A stretch of 64,000 nt of DNA from Octopus vulgaris (GCA_951406725.2 OX597839.1:9176001-9240000), one strand, 5' to 3'. Positions 39,866-52,200 are shown, counted from the first letter of the stretch. Notes: generated by a model from the sequence alone, not told the origin. Translations and numbers: made by a program.

Positions 39866-40102
39866 ACCTATTTCTTTACTACCCACAAGGGGCTGAACAT
39901 AGAGGGGGACAAGCAAGGACAGACAAACAGATTAAGTCGATAATATCGACCGCAGTGCATAACTGGTACTTAATTTATCGATCCCAAAAGGATGAAAGGC
40001 AAAGTTGACCTCGGCGGAATTTGAACTCAGAACATAGTGGCAGATGAAATACCGCTAAGCATTTCGCCCGGTGCACTAACATTTCTGCCAGCTTGCCGCC
40101 TT
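39866..40102 (-). mobile_element. SINE family B (other minus copies at about 53595-53921, 61437-61851 and 63273-63500)
   Basis: Reverse complement of the family at 4743. Confidence 0.85.
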
Positions 40103-40999
40103 TCTTTTTTTTTTACAAAATACCTATCTAACTTTACCATCTAACAAAAAGAAGAAGAAGAAAAGTACTAACGAACTCCTAGGTATATTATGTCTCAAAG
40201 AAAGATGTGATTATTATGAGAGAAATGCCTCTGACTACAGGGTTGATCAGAGCTAACTCAGAGCTAAACAACTAAAACACAGTGAAGAGAAAATATTTGA
40301 AAAATGAAAGGTAAAAAAGAAAATTATTCTAAGATATCTTCATTACAATGGTTCTTAGTAAGATGAGTAGACTAGGAGTGGTAGACTATGGTTTTGAATT
40401 GGTTAGAAATATGTTAAAAACATATAAAATATATATATTAAAAAATAAATAGAATTGCCGTTCACATTGTTTCGTATCAGATCAGCTGTGATTGGATAAA
40501 CCATGACAAATAAGCAAGTGAGTCTAAAACTACAATATCCAATATTTCCTTTTGAAGGGTGTCTGCTATTTCCAAGAGGTCAAGCAACCACATTTGTAAG
40601 GCTACAACGAAGCAGTAACCGTTTCAAATGGCGACACTTTGTCGAAGAAGACAGATAAAAATAAATTATGTGTTTGTGTGTATGTGCATGTCTGTGTATA
40701 TGTATATATATATGTGTGTATATGTATGGGTTTATACAGGTGCTGTTTTATGTGCTTGCGTTGTGTATGCGTTTGAGTGTACGTATGTATAAAAATGCCG
40801 CTTTGTGTGTGTGTATGTGTGTGTGTGTGAGGGGCAGCAATAATCTGTTCTTCAATTTTACTGACATAATGACCACTCAAACGACGATTCCGTACACGTC
40901 TTAGCAACAGAAAGATTTTAGCAGCAGTAAAAAAAAGAAGAAAAAATACTTAACTCAGTTAAGCTTGTTAAGAAATTGACAATAGGTACCTAATAGAAA

Positions 41000-41229
41000 T
41001 AAAATTTATATTACTATTATTGTTATTATTATCATCATCATCATCACCACCACCCATCACCAGAAATAAATTATCATTATTATTATTATTATTGTTATAT
41101 TATTATTATTATTATTATTATTATTATCATCATCACCACCACCATCATCATTATCATATAAATAAATTATTATCATCATCATCATCACCACCACCCACCA
41201 TCATCATCACTAACATATAATAGAAATAA

Positions 41230-41276
<47 letters not shown>

Positions 41277-41284
41277 CGTTATTA

Positions 41285-41315
<31 letters not shown>

Positions 41316-41323
41316 CGTTATTA

Positions 41324-41360
<37 letters not shown>

Positions 41361-41452
41361 CATCATCATCATCATCACCACCATCATCATCATTATCATA
41401 TAAATAAATTATTATCATCATCATTATCATCACTACCATCATCATCATCATA
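41000..41452. repeat. (ATT)n/(ATC)n compound repeat punctuated by AAATAAATT
   Basis: Direct reading. Confidence 0.9.
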
Positions 41453-41609
41453 ATATAAACAAAATATATAAAACAAATAAAAGCAGACTGGACAAAAAAA
41501 AAGGCTATACTATTGCATTAGTTAGATGTTTGATCTTATAGTTAGCTACAGAACACTTATACTCATTGCAAAGATCTCATTTAATAACAAGGGGGGTAGT
41601 AAATGTCTT

Positions 41610-42150
41610 TCTATAGATAGGATAGAGAGGGGGAAAGACACATACACAGATAGAGATAGAAAGGAGAGTAAGAGGAGAGAGACACAAAGAAAGCAATAGA
41701 AAGACAGAGAGAGGGGGGGAGGAAAGAGAGGGGGAGAGAGGAAAAGAGAGGGGAGAGGGGGAGGTGAGGGGAGCGAGAGAGGAAAGATAGGGGGAGAGAA
41801 AAGGAGTAGAGTGAGAGAGGAAAAGAGAGGGGGAGAGGGTAAAGAGAGAGAGGAGAGAAGAAAAGAGAGAGGGGGAGGGGAAAAGATAGAGGGGGAGAGA
41901 GGAAAAGAGGGGGAGAGGGGGAAAGAGAGAGAGGAGGAGAGAAGAAAAGAGAGAGGGGGAGAGGGGGAAAAAGAGAGAGAGAGGAGGAGGAGAGAAGAAA
42001 AAAGAGAGAGGGGGAGAGAGAGAAGACACATACATACACAAACGGATAGATAGAGATAGAAAAGAGAGATGTATGGAAAGCAATAGAAAGACAGACACAG
42101 AGAGTGAGCAAGAAAGAGAGAGAGAAGGGGGCAGGTGTTGGAGAGGGTGA
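41610..42150 (+). repeat. Polypurine (GA-rich) tract
   Basis: About 500 bp of almost only G and A on the plus strand. Confidence 0.9.
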
Positions 42151-42331
42151 AAATAATCAATGAACCAATAATCAAACAATAAAAACAATTACTTTAAAAA
42201 TAGAAAAACACCTTACAAACAAACGAGTTAAATATACAAAATCAAGGCAAAAGGGGAGAATCTTTGGCCTTGACTTTTTAGAAAGAGCAGTCAAATCACT
42301 CTCAGACCACATACTTAGTGCATTTAAACAG

Positions 42332-42496
42332 TAGGCATAGGAGTGGCTGTGTGGTAAGTAGCTTGCTTAACAACCACATGGTTCCGGGTTCAGTCCCACT
42401 GCGTGGCACCTTGGGCAAGTGTCTTCTACTATAGCCTCGGGCCGACCAAAGCCTTGTGAGTGGATTTGGTAGACGGAAACTGAAAGAAGCCCATCG

Positions 42497-42552
<56 letters not shown>

Positions 42553-42765
42553 TGTGTTTGTCCCCCCAACATCGCTTGACAACCGATGCTGGTGTGTTTA
42601 CGTCCCTATAACTTAGCCGTTTGGCAAAAGAGACCAACAGAAAAAGTACTAGGCTTACAAAGAATAAGTCCTGGGGTCGATTTGCTCGACTAAAAGGCGG
42701 TGCTCCAGCATGGCCGCAGTCAAATGACTGAAACAGGCAAAAGAGTAAAAAAGAGTAAAAGAGGA
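42332..42765 (+). mobile_element. SINE family A (full length)
   Basis: As 23321-23750. Confidence 0.9.
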
Positions 42766-42949
42766 AGGACATTTTGATTGATGTGGCCTTAGATACATAA
42801 CATATTTGAACAAGAAGGAAACAGTGATTATGGCTATAACATCATTGCAAACAGATTCTATAGATATGAACTGATCTGGAGCTAAACAACAACAATAACA
42901 GCAAGAAGAGAAACGAACAAAGAAAAGAACAAAATCACTGCTACCTCTA

Positions 42950-43140
42950 CCAGCCGTGGGCTAGGCCTTGTGGAAGGCGCCACACCAGATGGCTGGACAT
43001 AATTGGGGAAGAGTTCCAGAGGTTCGATGTCACCTTAGAGGATGCAACGGGGCTGGCATGGAACTGCCAGTCATGGAGAGCCCTGGTGGACTTGGTCAGT
43101 TCTATGCATGATGACCCCCAACCCCATCGAGCAACACTGC
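42950..43140 (+). mobile_element. RTE-clade LINE extreme 3' fragment
   Basis: RPCGRRHTRWLDIIGEEFQRFDVTLEDATGLAWNCQSWRALV; homologous to 32640-32775. Confidence 0.75.
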
Positions 43141-43393
43141 AAGCCACTACCATCTGATTCATAAAGATTCATAAAGCCACTACCATCTGATTCAAAAAAA
43201 TAACTGCAATCAGACTGAAGATAACAATAGCCAACAATTAGCAGTTGCAGACAGCATTGCCAATAAAGACGACAAACACACACACAGATTCACACAGACA
43301 TGTGCATGCATGGATTTGTGTGCATATGTACGTATGTATGTATCTATGAATGCATATATGTATGTATGTATGTATGTGTGTATATATATATAT

Positions 43394-43426
<33 letters not shown>

Positions 43427-43844
43427 GTTTAATGTCCGTTCTCCATGCTAGCATGGGTTGAACGGTTCAACCGAGGATCTGGGAAGCCAGAAGGCTGCAC
43501 CAAGCTCCAGTCTGATCTGGCAGTGTTTTTACAGCCGGATGCCTTTCCTAACGCCAGGATGCCCTTCCTAACACCAATATATATATATATAGTAAAAGTA
43601 AAGGCAGCGAGCTGGCAGAAACGTAAGGCAGCGAGCTGGCAGAAATGTTAGAGAAAGAAACCTGGCTGTTTCTTGCAATACATACCAATACATACATCTG
43701 AAGCAAAGTTTCTTCAGGGGCCTATAAAATACTATTGTGAACTCCTAATTTATCATCTTGTTGCATGGACTCCCAAAAATCTTATAGGGACCCTGGTTAA
43801 GAACCACTGATGTAAACCATTTGTTATTGAAATGATCATAACCA

Positions 43845-44262
43845 TAGGCGCAGGAGTGGCTGTGTGGTAAGTAGCTTGTTTACCAACCATATGGTTCCGG
43901 GTTCAGTCCCACTGCGTGGCACCTTGGGCAAGTGTCTTCTGCTATAGCCTCGGGCCGACCAAAGCTTTGTGAGTGGATTTGGTAGATGGAAACTGAAAGA
44001 AGCCCGTCATATATATGTATATATATATATATGCGCGTGTGTGTTTGTGTGTCTGTGTTTGTCCCCCTAGCATTGCTTGACAACCGATGCTGGTGTGTTT
44101 ATGTCCCCGTTACTCAGCGGTTCGGCAAAAGAGACCGATAGAATAAGTACTAGGCTTACAAAAGAATAAGTCCTGGGGTCGAGCTGCTTGACTAAAGGCG
44201 GTGCTCCAGCATGGCCGCAGTCAAATGACTGAAACAAGTAAAAGCGTAAAGAGTAAAGAGAG
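43845..44262 (+). mobile_element. SINE family A (full length)
   Basis: As 23321-23750. Confidence 0.9.
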
Positions 44263-44471
44263 ATAACAAATGTGATAGCAATAACTTCATTCCTTTATTG
44301 ATTTCATGTTAAACACTGTGTTTGAAGTAAAGCCCCGGGATCTACAGTTTGTGTGGTATACCTTACTTTACTGGATCAATTTCCCTCCCCGTACATGCTA
44401 TTAGCCAGGATTTGCATGAGACCTGACTGAGGTAATCACCTGGATTTCATACATCCACCTTTACATACTAT

Positions 44472-44507
<36 letters not shown>

Positions 44508-45047
44508 ACACACACACACTCTACGAGTGTAATAACTAAACGATATTAATAGATGGTCCAACATATTCATTTTGGTAAAAAAAAATTATTTTTTACTTCT
44601 TTATTTTTTTTTTTTTTAAACTTTATCTTGGAATTCAACAAAGACACCAGGTCTTTGTTTGGTTTTGTTTTGTATGTTTTTTTTAACAAATCATGAAACT
44701 TGGAAATATTAAAAAAAAAAAAAAACGACTTTTGGAATCAGATTTTAGAAACTAGATTCAATTAAATTCTACATCTTAAAAGGATTTTGTTCATTATATG
44801 TATGTGTTTGTATATTTTTTTTTCCTTTTTAGTTGAAGGAATCAATAGAACTGATCAAGCAATGATTTCTTACATAAATAAGCAGCAGCAGCAGTCTGAG
44901 AGCTCAGAATTTTTATAGATTTCGAAAAAGAAAAATGGGAGAAAATTTATGAAATTTCCTCCTTCTGAAAAGCATTAAGTGCCATAAGTGAAACAGTTGC
45001 AAACTTAGCATTGAAACTAAAGTCACTTCACACAGTATGGTTTAACA

Positions 45048-45087
<40 letters not shown>

Positions 45088-45124
45088 TAATAAAATAATA
45101 ATAATAATAATAATAAAATAATAA

Positions 45125-45168
<44 letters not shown>

Positions 45169-45172
45169 TAAC

Positions 45173-45240
<68 letters not shown>

Positions 45241-45250
45241 CAACAACAAT

Positions 45251-45500
45251 AAATGGAAAGTGCAGGTAAGATGTGTCCCAGTAGTTATAGGTGCATTGGG
45301 AACTATCCCTAAAGATTTGAAGAGGTGGATAGGGAAAATAGACATAAAACCCAGATTAGTAAAGCTCCAGAAAACAGTGTTATTATGAACAGCTAGCATA
45401 CTTAGTAGGGTTCTTGGCATCTAAAGTTACTCTAAGGTTATTTGTTGTGGCCCAATGCTAGAATTTTTTCTTTTCCAACAGTCTAATCTGTTGTGTGTAT
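45251..45500 (+). mobile_element. Dong/R4 LINE 3' end embedded in (TAA)n/(CAA)n
   Basis: 45251-45424 translates KWKVQVRCVPVVIGALGTIPKDLKRWIGKIDIKPRLVKLQKTVLL*TASILSRVLGI*; a short 3' UTR follows; ~200 bp of (TAA)n lies upstream. Confidence 0.85.
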
Positions 45501-45517
45501 AACAACAACAACAACAA

Positions 45518-45557
<40 letters not shown>

Positions 45558-45577
45558 AATAATCATAATAATAATAA

Positions 45578-46155
45578 ATGCCCTGATGCAGTACCAGGCA
45601 GTAGCCCTCATGGCTTCTGATCTTAACTGATTGGAAGTGTTATCATGTACATTGTTTTGTCTTGGTATAAAAGATGGGCTACAGCAAATATTCTGCTCAA
45701 TACCACAGATTTGCTTGTCAGTTGTTTGACTCAGACCAGTTGAGCATGTCCCTTAGTGGCTGACGATATGTGCTATCTCTGAGCACGAGTAGAAATAGTG
45801 GGGGAGCATCATAGCCATGTGTTGAGAGGGATTCTTTGGAGTCTGAATAATTCACCTCTGGAAACATGGGTGTTTCATTCAACATCCTTAAACAACCCTT
45901 ATTCAGGGACCTTTTGAGCGGGATGGGTTACTCGACCTGAAGAAAATTCTAACTGGGCCCCACCTGCAAGGTCATGTGCTATTTATCTTGATATAAGATC
46001 ACCATGTCGCACACATATGGTTGTGATGCATGTGCATAATGTACCCTTATCAGATGGGTAGTCATGATGGGTATACTGGGCTTCGTATATTTTACCATAG
46101 TGTCACTTTGATGGCGTGCACTGCTCTCTCACTCAACAAGAACAACAACAATAAA
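45578..46155 (+). mobile_element. ~570-bp non-coding interspersed element flanked by (TAA/CAA)n
   Basis: Starts ATGCCCTGATGCAGTACC and ends CTCTCACTCAA plus triplet tail; partial copies at 11170, 11530, 35995 and 46263. Confidence 0.8.
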
Positions 46156-46210
46156 ATGCCAAAAAGCATTTTGCCTAGCATGGTAATGATTCTGCCAGCT
46201 GGCTGCCTAA

Positions 46211-46254
<44 letters not shown>

Positions 46255-46389
46255 AATGATAAATGCCCTGATGCAGTACCTGGCAGTGGTTCTCATGGCT
46301 TCTGATCTTAACTGATTGGAAGTGTTATCATGTACATTGTTTTGTCTTGGTATAAAAGATGGGCAACAGCAAATATTCTGCTCAATACC

Positions 46390-46800
46390 AGCAAAAGTGG
46401 GACAAAGTGGTGAGAAAGAATCTTCAGATGTTGGGCCTCACAGAGGAGATGACTGGTAGTTTGTTGTACTTGAGAAGACACATCAAACTCAGGGAAATTA
46501 TGGTTGTGCATGCATACAGGTGTGACTCCTGCATCCCTCTTCAGCTGAATGATCCTAATCTTGCAAACTCGTGGGTGCTGGCACCACACAGAAAGTACCT
46601 GTGCCAGTGCCACGTAGTAGCACCCATGCTGGTGCTGTGTAAAAGCACCCAATTCACTTTGTGAAGTGGTTGCCATTAGGAAAGACATCTAGCTGTAGAA
46701 ACCATGCCAAAACAGACATGGACCCGGCCAGCTCTTCAGCTGGTCAGTTCCTGTCAAACCATCCAACCCATGCCAGCATGGAAAATAGGCATTAAATGAT
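46390..46800 (+). mobile_element. RTE/Bov-B-like LINE 3' end continuing into the family D tail
   Basis: KWDKVVRKNLQMLGLTEEMT, then family D 3' sequence and a long (GAT/GGT)n tail to about 47085. Confidence 0.7.
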
Positions 46801-46992
46801 AATGGTGATGATGATGGTGGTGATGATGATGATGATTGTGATGATTGATGATGATGATGATGATGATGGTGGTGGTGATGATGATGATTATGATAATGAT
46901 GATGATGATGATGATGGTGGTGATGATGATGATGGTGATGAAGATGATGGTGGTGGTGGTGGTGATGGTGGTGGTGGTGATGATGATGATGG

Positions 46993-47045
<53 letters not shown>

Positions 47046-47086
47046 GTGATGATGGTGACGATGATGAGGGTGATGGTGGTGATGAC

Positions 47087-47310
47087 ATACAGAGGGGTAC
47101 TGAAGAGTTTCTGGCTTTAAGGGTATCATGAAAGGCCTGGCTGGAAGCCTAACCTTCTAAGTTCTTTTACAGGGCTTAGAAAAACTGAACGACTGCTGCA
47201 ATAAGTGTGTGAATCTGAGAGGTGAATGGGTTGAATAAAATCATAATTAATTGTTGATTCTCCTATATTTTCTTTTACCCAAAGCCAGGATTTTTCAGCA
47301 ATTCATGCTA
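47087..47310 (+). mobile_element. mariner-derived MITE (internally deleted)
   Basis: Imperfect TIRs (CTGAAGAGTTTCTGGCTTT / AAAGCCAGGATTTTTCAG); internal GLEKLNDCCNKCVNLRGEWVE* resembles a mariner transposase C-terminus. Confidence 0.8.
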
Positions 47311-47356
47311 GCATGGACGGCAGATATTAAACGATGATTATACATATATATATATT

Positions 47357-47431
<75 letters not shown>

Positions 47432-47451
47432 TATATATACATACATACATA

Positions 47452-47495
<44 letters not shown>

Positions 47496-47815
47496 TACAC
47501 ATGCACATATATTTAAGTGTTACCTAATTGGCTCAAAGTGCCTAATCTGTACAAGATATTTAAAGTGGTAACAAACATATATTTCCCCATACATGGTAAT
47601 TAAAAAGTCATTTTCCGCATAGGCACGAGACCTCCACTTGTAAGTGAATATTTCATCAATAAAACAAGGAAACCTCTACATGGAGGCATGTTGTACTAGA
47701 AATAGCAGCCGAATGTTAGACCCTACTATCTTCAAAGTAAGAAGGACACGATGGCAAATTACTCTCAGATGCTGTTAAAATGAAAGGATGATTATGAGTG
47801 GAATAGCTCTGATCA

Positions 47816-48013
47816 TACTCTTTTACTTGTTTCAGTCATTTGACTGTGTCCATGCTGGAGCACCGCCTTTAGTCGAGCAAATCGACGCTAAGTACTTATT
47901 CTTTGTAAGCCTAGTACTTATTCTATCGGTCTCTTTTGCCGAACCGCTAAGTTACGGGGACGTAAACACACCAGCATCGGTTGTCAAGCGATGTTGGGGG
48001 GACAAACACAGAC

Positions 48014-48058
<45 letters not shown>

Positions 48059-48222
48059 CGACGGGCTTCTTTCAGTTTCCGTCTACCAAATCCACTCACA
48101 CAGCTTTGGTCGGCCCAAGGCTATAGTAGAAGACACTTGCCCAAGGTGCCATGCAGTGGGACTGAACCAGGAACCATGTGGTTGGTAAGCAAGCTACTTA
48201 CCACACAGCCACTCCTGCGCCT
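47816..48222 (-). mobile_element. SINE family A (full length)
   Basis: Reverse complement of family A. Confidence 0.9.
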
Positions 48223-48478
48223 AATGTGTACAAACATTTACTAGATGCAGATTGTTTAAAGCAACCTGTTTTGAAAACACTTGCAGGCCAAAATGAAGAG
48301 TCAACACTTGGGAGATTTTGAGAAAGGAAGAGAGCATGAGAGAGGAGAGAGAGAGACAGACAGACAGACAGAGGGAGAGAGGGAGAGATGTAATCAAATA
48401 TTACAAGGCTTTCCTTTTTAGTCCAGTATTCTATCATACCTCTTACTCCACCACTCTATTGTAATTAACAAGGTTGTA

Positions 48479-48807
48479 TCTCTATATATATAAACGGCAA
48501 AATGTCTGTGTGCATCTCCTTTATACAAATCCACAATTTTTCAGTTAGAGGGCTTGCACTTTCTATGGTCATTCAAAACTGTCCAAGGATGGTCGTGCAC
48601 ATCTTAACATTTCCTCAGTCACCCCACAAAGCCATTAAAAAATCAATAGAAGTGACTTTCTTGTGAATTTTCTATCCAAAACCCAATCAAAATGCCTGAA
48701 ACTTGATACGCCAATTGAATGCCAGCTAGCTGTATGTGACTGGTTGGAGATTTGGACAGTACTCGCGTGCATGTGCGCACGCATGCAATGCTGGATCATA
48801 GTGCTAG
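48479..48807 (+). mobile_element. Non-autonomous Helitron
   Basis: A|TCTCTATATATATAAACGGCA...GCAATGCTGGATCATAGTGCTAG|T; termini resemble 29897-30279. Confidence 0.75.
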
Positions 48808-49616
48808 TATATATATATATATATATAACCCATTCTTTTTTGTGTGTGTTCAGTTGATGGGATTGGCCGAAAGTGCTGACTGACTGAGAAGCAATACGTT
48901 TTACTCTGCCAGGGCTAAATGCGCAGTCAATAAAGGCTTTGAGAAAGAAATAACAACTGTTCTTACTAGGAATATTGCTGTTTTGCACCAGATCAGCCCT
49001 GATTAAGCAAAATATATGGCCATGACCACCCTGTCTTATTTTAAATTATAATGTATTCAGGACATGATACCTTAAAAGTAATTTATACACGCTAGAAGAA
49101 GCAGTCAAAAAAAAAAAATTTTTTTTTTTTAAATAACAAGGTAAAAGTTTTTTATTTTTTCATTCCCTTCGAAAATTGCTCTTAAATGTGGTTTTGGTTG
49201 TTTTGACTGCTTCTTCTAGCATGTAAAAATTACCTGTTAAAGGTAGTTTTTTCTTGTGTTTAAATGTACATTTTATATTGAGTATATATCAGCTTACCCT
49301 GGCACCTAAAAAGTACCATCCATATGTGGTCAATGCCAGCGCTGCTTTGACTGACTTCCGTGCCGGTGGCATATAAGAAGCACCGTCCGATCGTGGCCGT
49401 TTGCCAGCCTCGTCTAGCACCTGTGCCAGTGGCACGTAAAAAGCACTCACTACACTCACGGAGTGGTTGGCGTTAGGAAGGGCATCCAGCTGTAGAAACA
49501 CTGCCAGATCAGACTGGAGCCTGGTGCAGCCTCCTGGTTTCCCAGACCCCGGTCAAACTGTCCAACCCATGTTAGCATGGAAAACGGACGTTAAACAATG
49601 ATGATGATGATATAAT

Positions 49617-49981
49617 GTGGAAGCACTCCGTCGGTTACGACGACGAGGGTTCTGGTTGATCCGAAACAGCCTACTCGTGAAATTAACATCACTCCACAGA
49701 CACGTGTACCCTTAACGTAGTTCTCGAGAATATTCAGCGTGACACAGAGAGTGACAAGGCCAGCCCTTTGAAATACAGGTACAACAGAAACAGGAAGTAA
49801 GAGTGAGAGAAAGTTGTGGTGAAAGAGTACAGCAGGGATCACCACCATCCCCTGCGGGAGCCTCGTGGAGCTTTAGGTGTTTTCGCTCAATAAACACTCA
49901 CAACGCCCGGTCTGGGAATCGAAACCGCGATCCTATGACCGCGAGTCCGCTGCCCTAACCACTGGGCCATTGCGCCTCCAC
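49617..49981 (-). mobile_element. SINE family C with tail type 1, 12-bp TSD
   Basis: TSD TGATGATATAAT at 49605-49616 and 49982-49993; CpG-rich, young-looking copy. Confidence 0.9.
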
Positions 49982-50269
49982 TGATGATATAATAGTGTAT
50001 ATGCAAGGAAATTTGAATATAAAAATAAAAGCTAGTATAAAATATCTAAACAGCAGCTCTTGAGATAAAATAACAATACATTTTGTCGAGGAGCTAGATA
50101 AGATTTTTAACAACTGAATCATATAATTATTTGAATAACTAATCTATTAATGATATCTTTTTATTTTTACTTTTGTCTAAAATCTCTTAGTATTTAATAT
50201 TAGTGTTCTCTCTCTCTCTCTACATCTTTCTTTTTTATATGTCTCATTCTCTTTATACACATGTGGCCA

Positions 50270-50590
50270 TGTTTCATGCAGTTAGCATGTTTTTGGTAGG
50301 CGTAAGCACCTCACTTCCTTTGAATGCCTTTATGTGTTGCTATGGAGACTTGTAGCTTCCCATGATACCTGCAATCTCATAACAGAGACAACCATGTGGC
50401 ATTTGCTGCAAACCCCGGTGTTGCTACCCGTAACACGGAGGAGAGAAGTTATCAATAAGCACAGGAGCCTGGACAGCTGCTATCAGCTTGTGCCAGTTGC
50501 CATTGAGATATCAGGTTTTTCTAGGATGCCAAACTACGGATTTCCTCCCCAAAATAGGGACAGTGATGGCCGATTGGAGAAATGAGTTCC
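50270..50590 (+). mobile_element. Highly decayed CRE-like LINE endonuclease fragment
   Basis: LLW....DT...EVINKHRSLDSCYQLVPVAIEISG resembles the K..KY..L...Y.FVPVAIETSG motif. Confidence 0.5.
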
Positions 50591-50596
50591 TCGAGG

Positions 50597-50915
50597 TGGA
50601 GTGGCGGATCTTTTCGGTTTGAATGGCAGTTTTTTCTAGCGGTGTCATATGAAATTGTCACCCATAATTATGACCCTGGTATCGATCTATTGCATTTCAA
50701 TCTGTTTTAGGGTTAGAGTTAGGGTTAGGGTTAGGGGTGGGGGGAGGGTATCTTTTTTTCTTCAGAAATGTAAATAAACCCAATCTGTTTCTTAAACGAG
50801 GGACATATTCATACGGCACAGAATGTTTTCACCTCAATAGACGTCATTGATTGGTTGAAATTGCAGAAATTGAAGAAAAAAAACAACAAATATCTTACAA
50901 ACTATAGAATTTTCT
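50597..50915. mobile_element. Unclassified repeat containing (TTAGGG)n
   Basis: TTAGGGTTAGAGTTAGGGTTAGGGTTAGGGGTGGGGG at about 50707-50745 within a CpG-retaining segment; only one copy in the window, so the repeat status is inferred. Confidence 0.45.
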
Positions 50916-51182
50916 CTGTTGATTTGAATTAATCATGCATTATTTTGTAACTTCAAAATTTCAATGACGTGATTGTTTATTTTCAGAATGACGTAGGGTA
51001 GATGTGATAGGCCAGATGTAGCTGGTTTAAACAAAAAACAGGTAAAATATTTTGGTTGGATATTGCCAGTTTAAATGCTAAAGAGTTAAGCCAGATCATA
51101 TATCATCAGCAATTCCTCCACTTGGCAGCTAAGGCTTCTTCCTCTCTTGATTCTTACATATATATTTTGTTATATTCCAGCT

Positions 51183-51484
51183 GTGGAGGCGCAATGGCCC
51201 AGTGGTTAGGGCAGCGGACTCGCGGTCGGAGGATCGCAGTTTCGATTCCCAGACCGAGCGTTGTGTGTGTTTATTGAGCGAAAACACCTAAAGCTCCACG
51301 AGGCTCCAGCAGGGGCTGGTGATCCCTGATGTACTCTTTCACTACTCTTTCTCCCACTTTCATCTGTTGGCCTGCTCGCTTAGCCAGCGGGGTGGCGTCG
51401 TTCGAAGGCTAAGACGACGCGAACGCATTGTGACCAGCGATGTGTAGCAACATCTGATGGTCAGGTCGGTCACGTGATCATGTG
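51183..51484 (+). mobile_element. SINE family C with tail type 3, 11-bp TSD
   Basis: TSD ATATTCCAGCT at 51172-51182 and 51485-51495. Confidence 0.9.
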
Positions 51485-51554
51485 ATATTCCAGCTACAAG
51501 CATTATAATCAAACTAAACAAAATTGAGTTCAGTGAGTGAGGTACCTTTTGAAA

Positions 51555-51649
51555 AGTCACCTGATGAGACATCATCTGCAACAACCAGGGGTTCAGAATC
51601 TCACCTGTGAGAGGACAATGCAAAATGGGTCGAAACAATTGTTGTGATT
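51555..51649 (+). ncRNA. Type I hammerhead ribozyme motif with intact core and long helix II
   Basis: AGTCAC-CTGATGA-GAC...58 nt...GTC-GAAA-CAATTG-TT-GTGATT; helix I 6 bp with one G-U; palindromic helix III. Confidence 0.7.
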
Positions 51650-51792
51650 AATATGGAATCTTGTTAATTCTGTTTTCTCTTCCTCTCATTTCTTATATAC
51701 TTGAGAGACACGAAGGAATTCCTGAAGTAAATTCAGGGGCATTCATATCCATACTGTTGATGACATCAGGAAGCCACAGACTGAGAATGTGT

Positions 51793-52200
51793 TTAACCCT
51801 TTCTTTACTGTATTTCTGTTGAGATGCTCTGTGTTTCTTTCAGTTAATTTTAAATATAACAAAGAATTTTGTAAAATAACTTAGTTATCATTAAGCTGGT
51901 GTTAGGAACATATATTGTCACTAAGGTTTGGTGGAAGATTTTGATTCAAAATTTATGAAAATAAGATAGCGTGGGATAGCTCTGATCATACTCTTTTACT
52001 TGTTTCAGTCATTTGACTGCAGCCATGCAGGAGCATCGTCTTTAGTCGAGGAAATCGACGCCCAGGACTTATACTTTATAAGCCTAGTACTTATTCTATT
52101 GGTCTCCTTTGCTGAACCGCTAAGTTACGGGGACATAAACACACCAGCATCGGTTGTCAAGTGATGTTGGGGGGACAAACACAGACACACAAACACACAC

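Noticed and set aside
40602-40990. Possible minus-strand exon (acceptor near 40990, ORF LRRVRNRRLSGHYVSK)
   Set aside because: Runs into a (CA)n tract, has no clear donor and no recognisable protein.
41546-42188. ~200-aa Leu/Ser/Pro/Phe ORFs
   Set aside because: Reverse strand of a polypurine tract; a compositional artefact.
45755-45820. CTGACGA...GAAA in the 570-bp element
   Set aside because: No convincing helix III/NUH or helix I register; not counted as a hammerhead.
50707-50745. Telomere or fusion scar
   Set aside because: Only five units, internal, with no head-to-head arrangement.
51183-51260. tRNA gene-like sequence (and other SINE heads)
   Set aside because: Continues directly into a SINE body enclosed by TSDs; no convincing acceptor stem or Pol III terminator.
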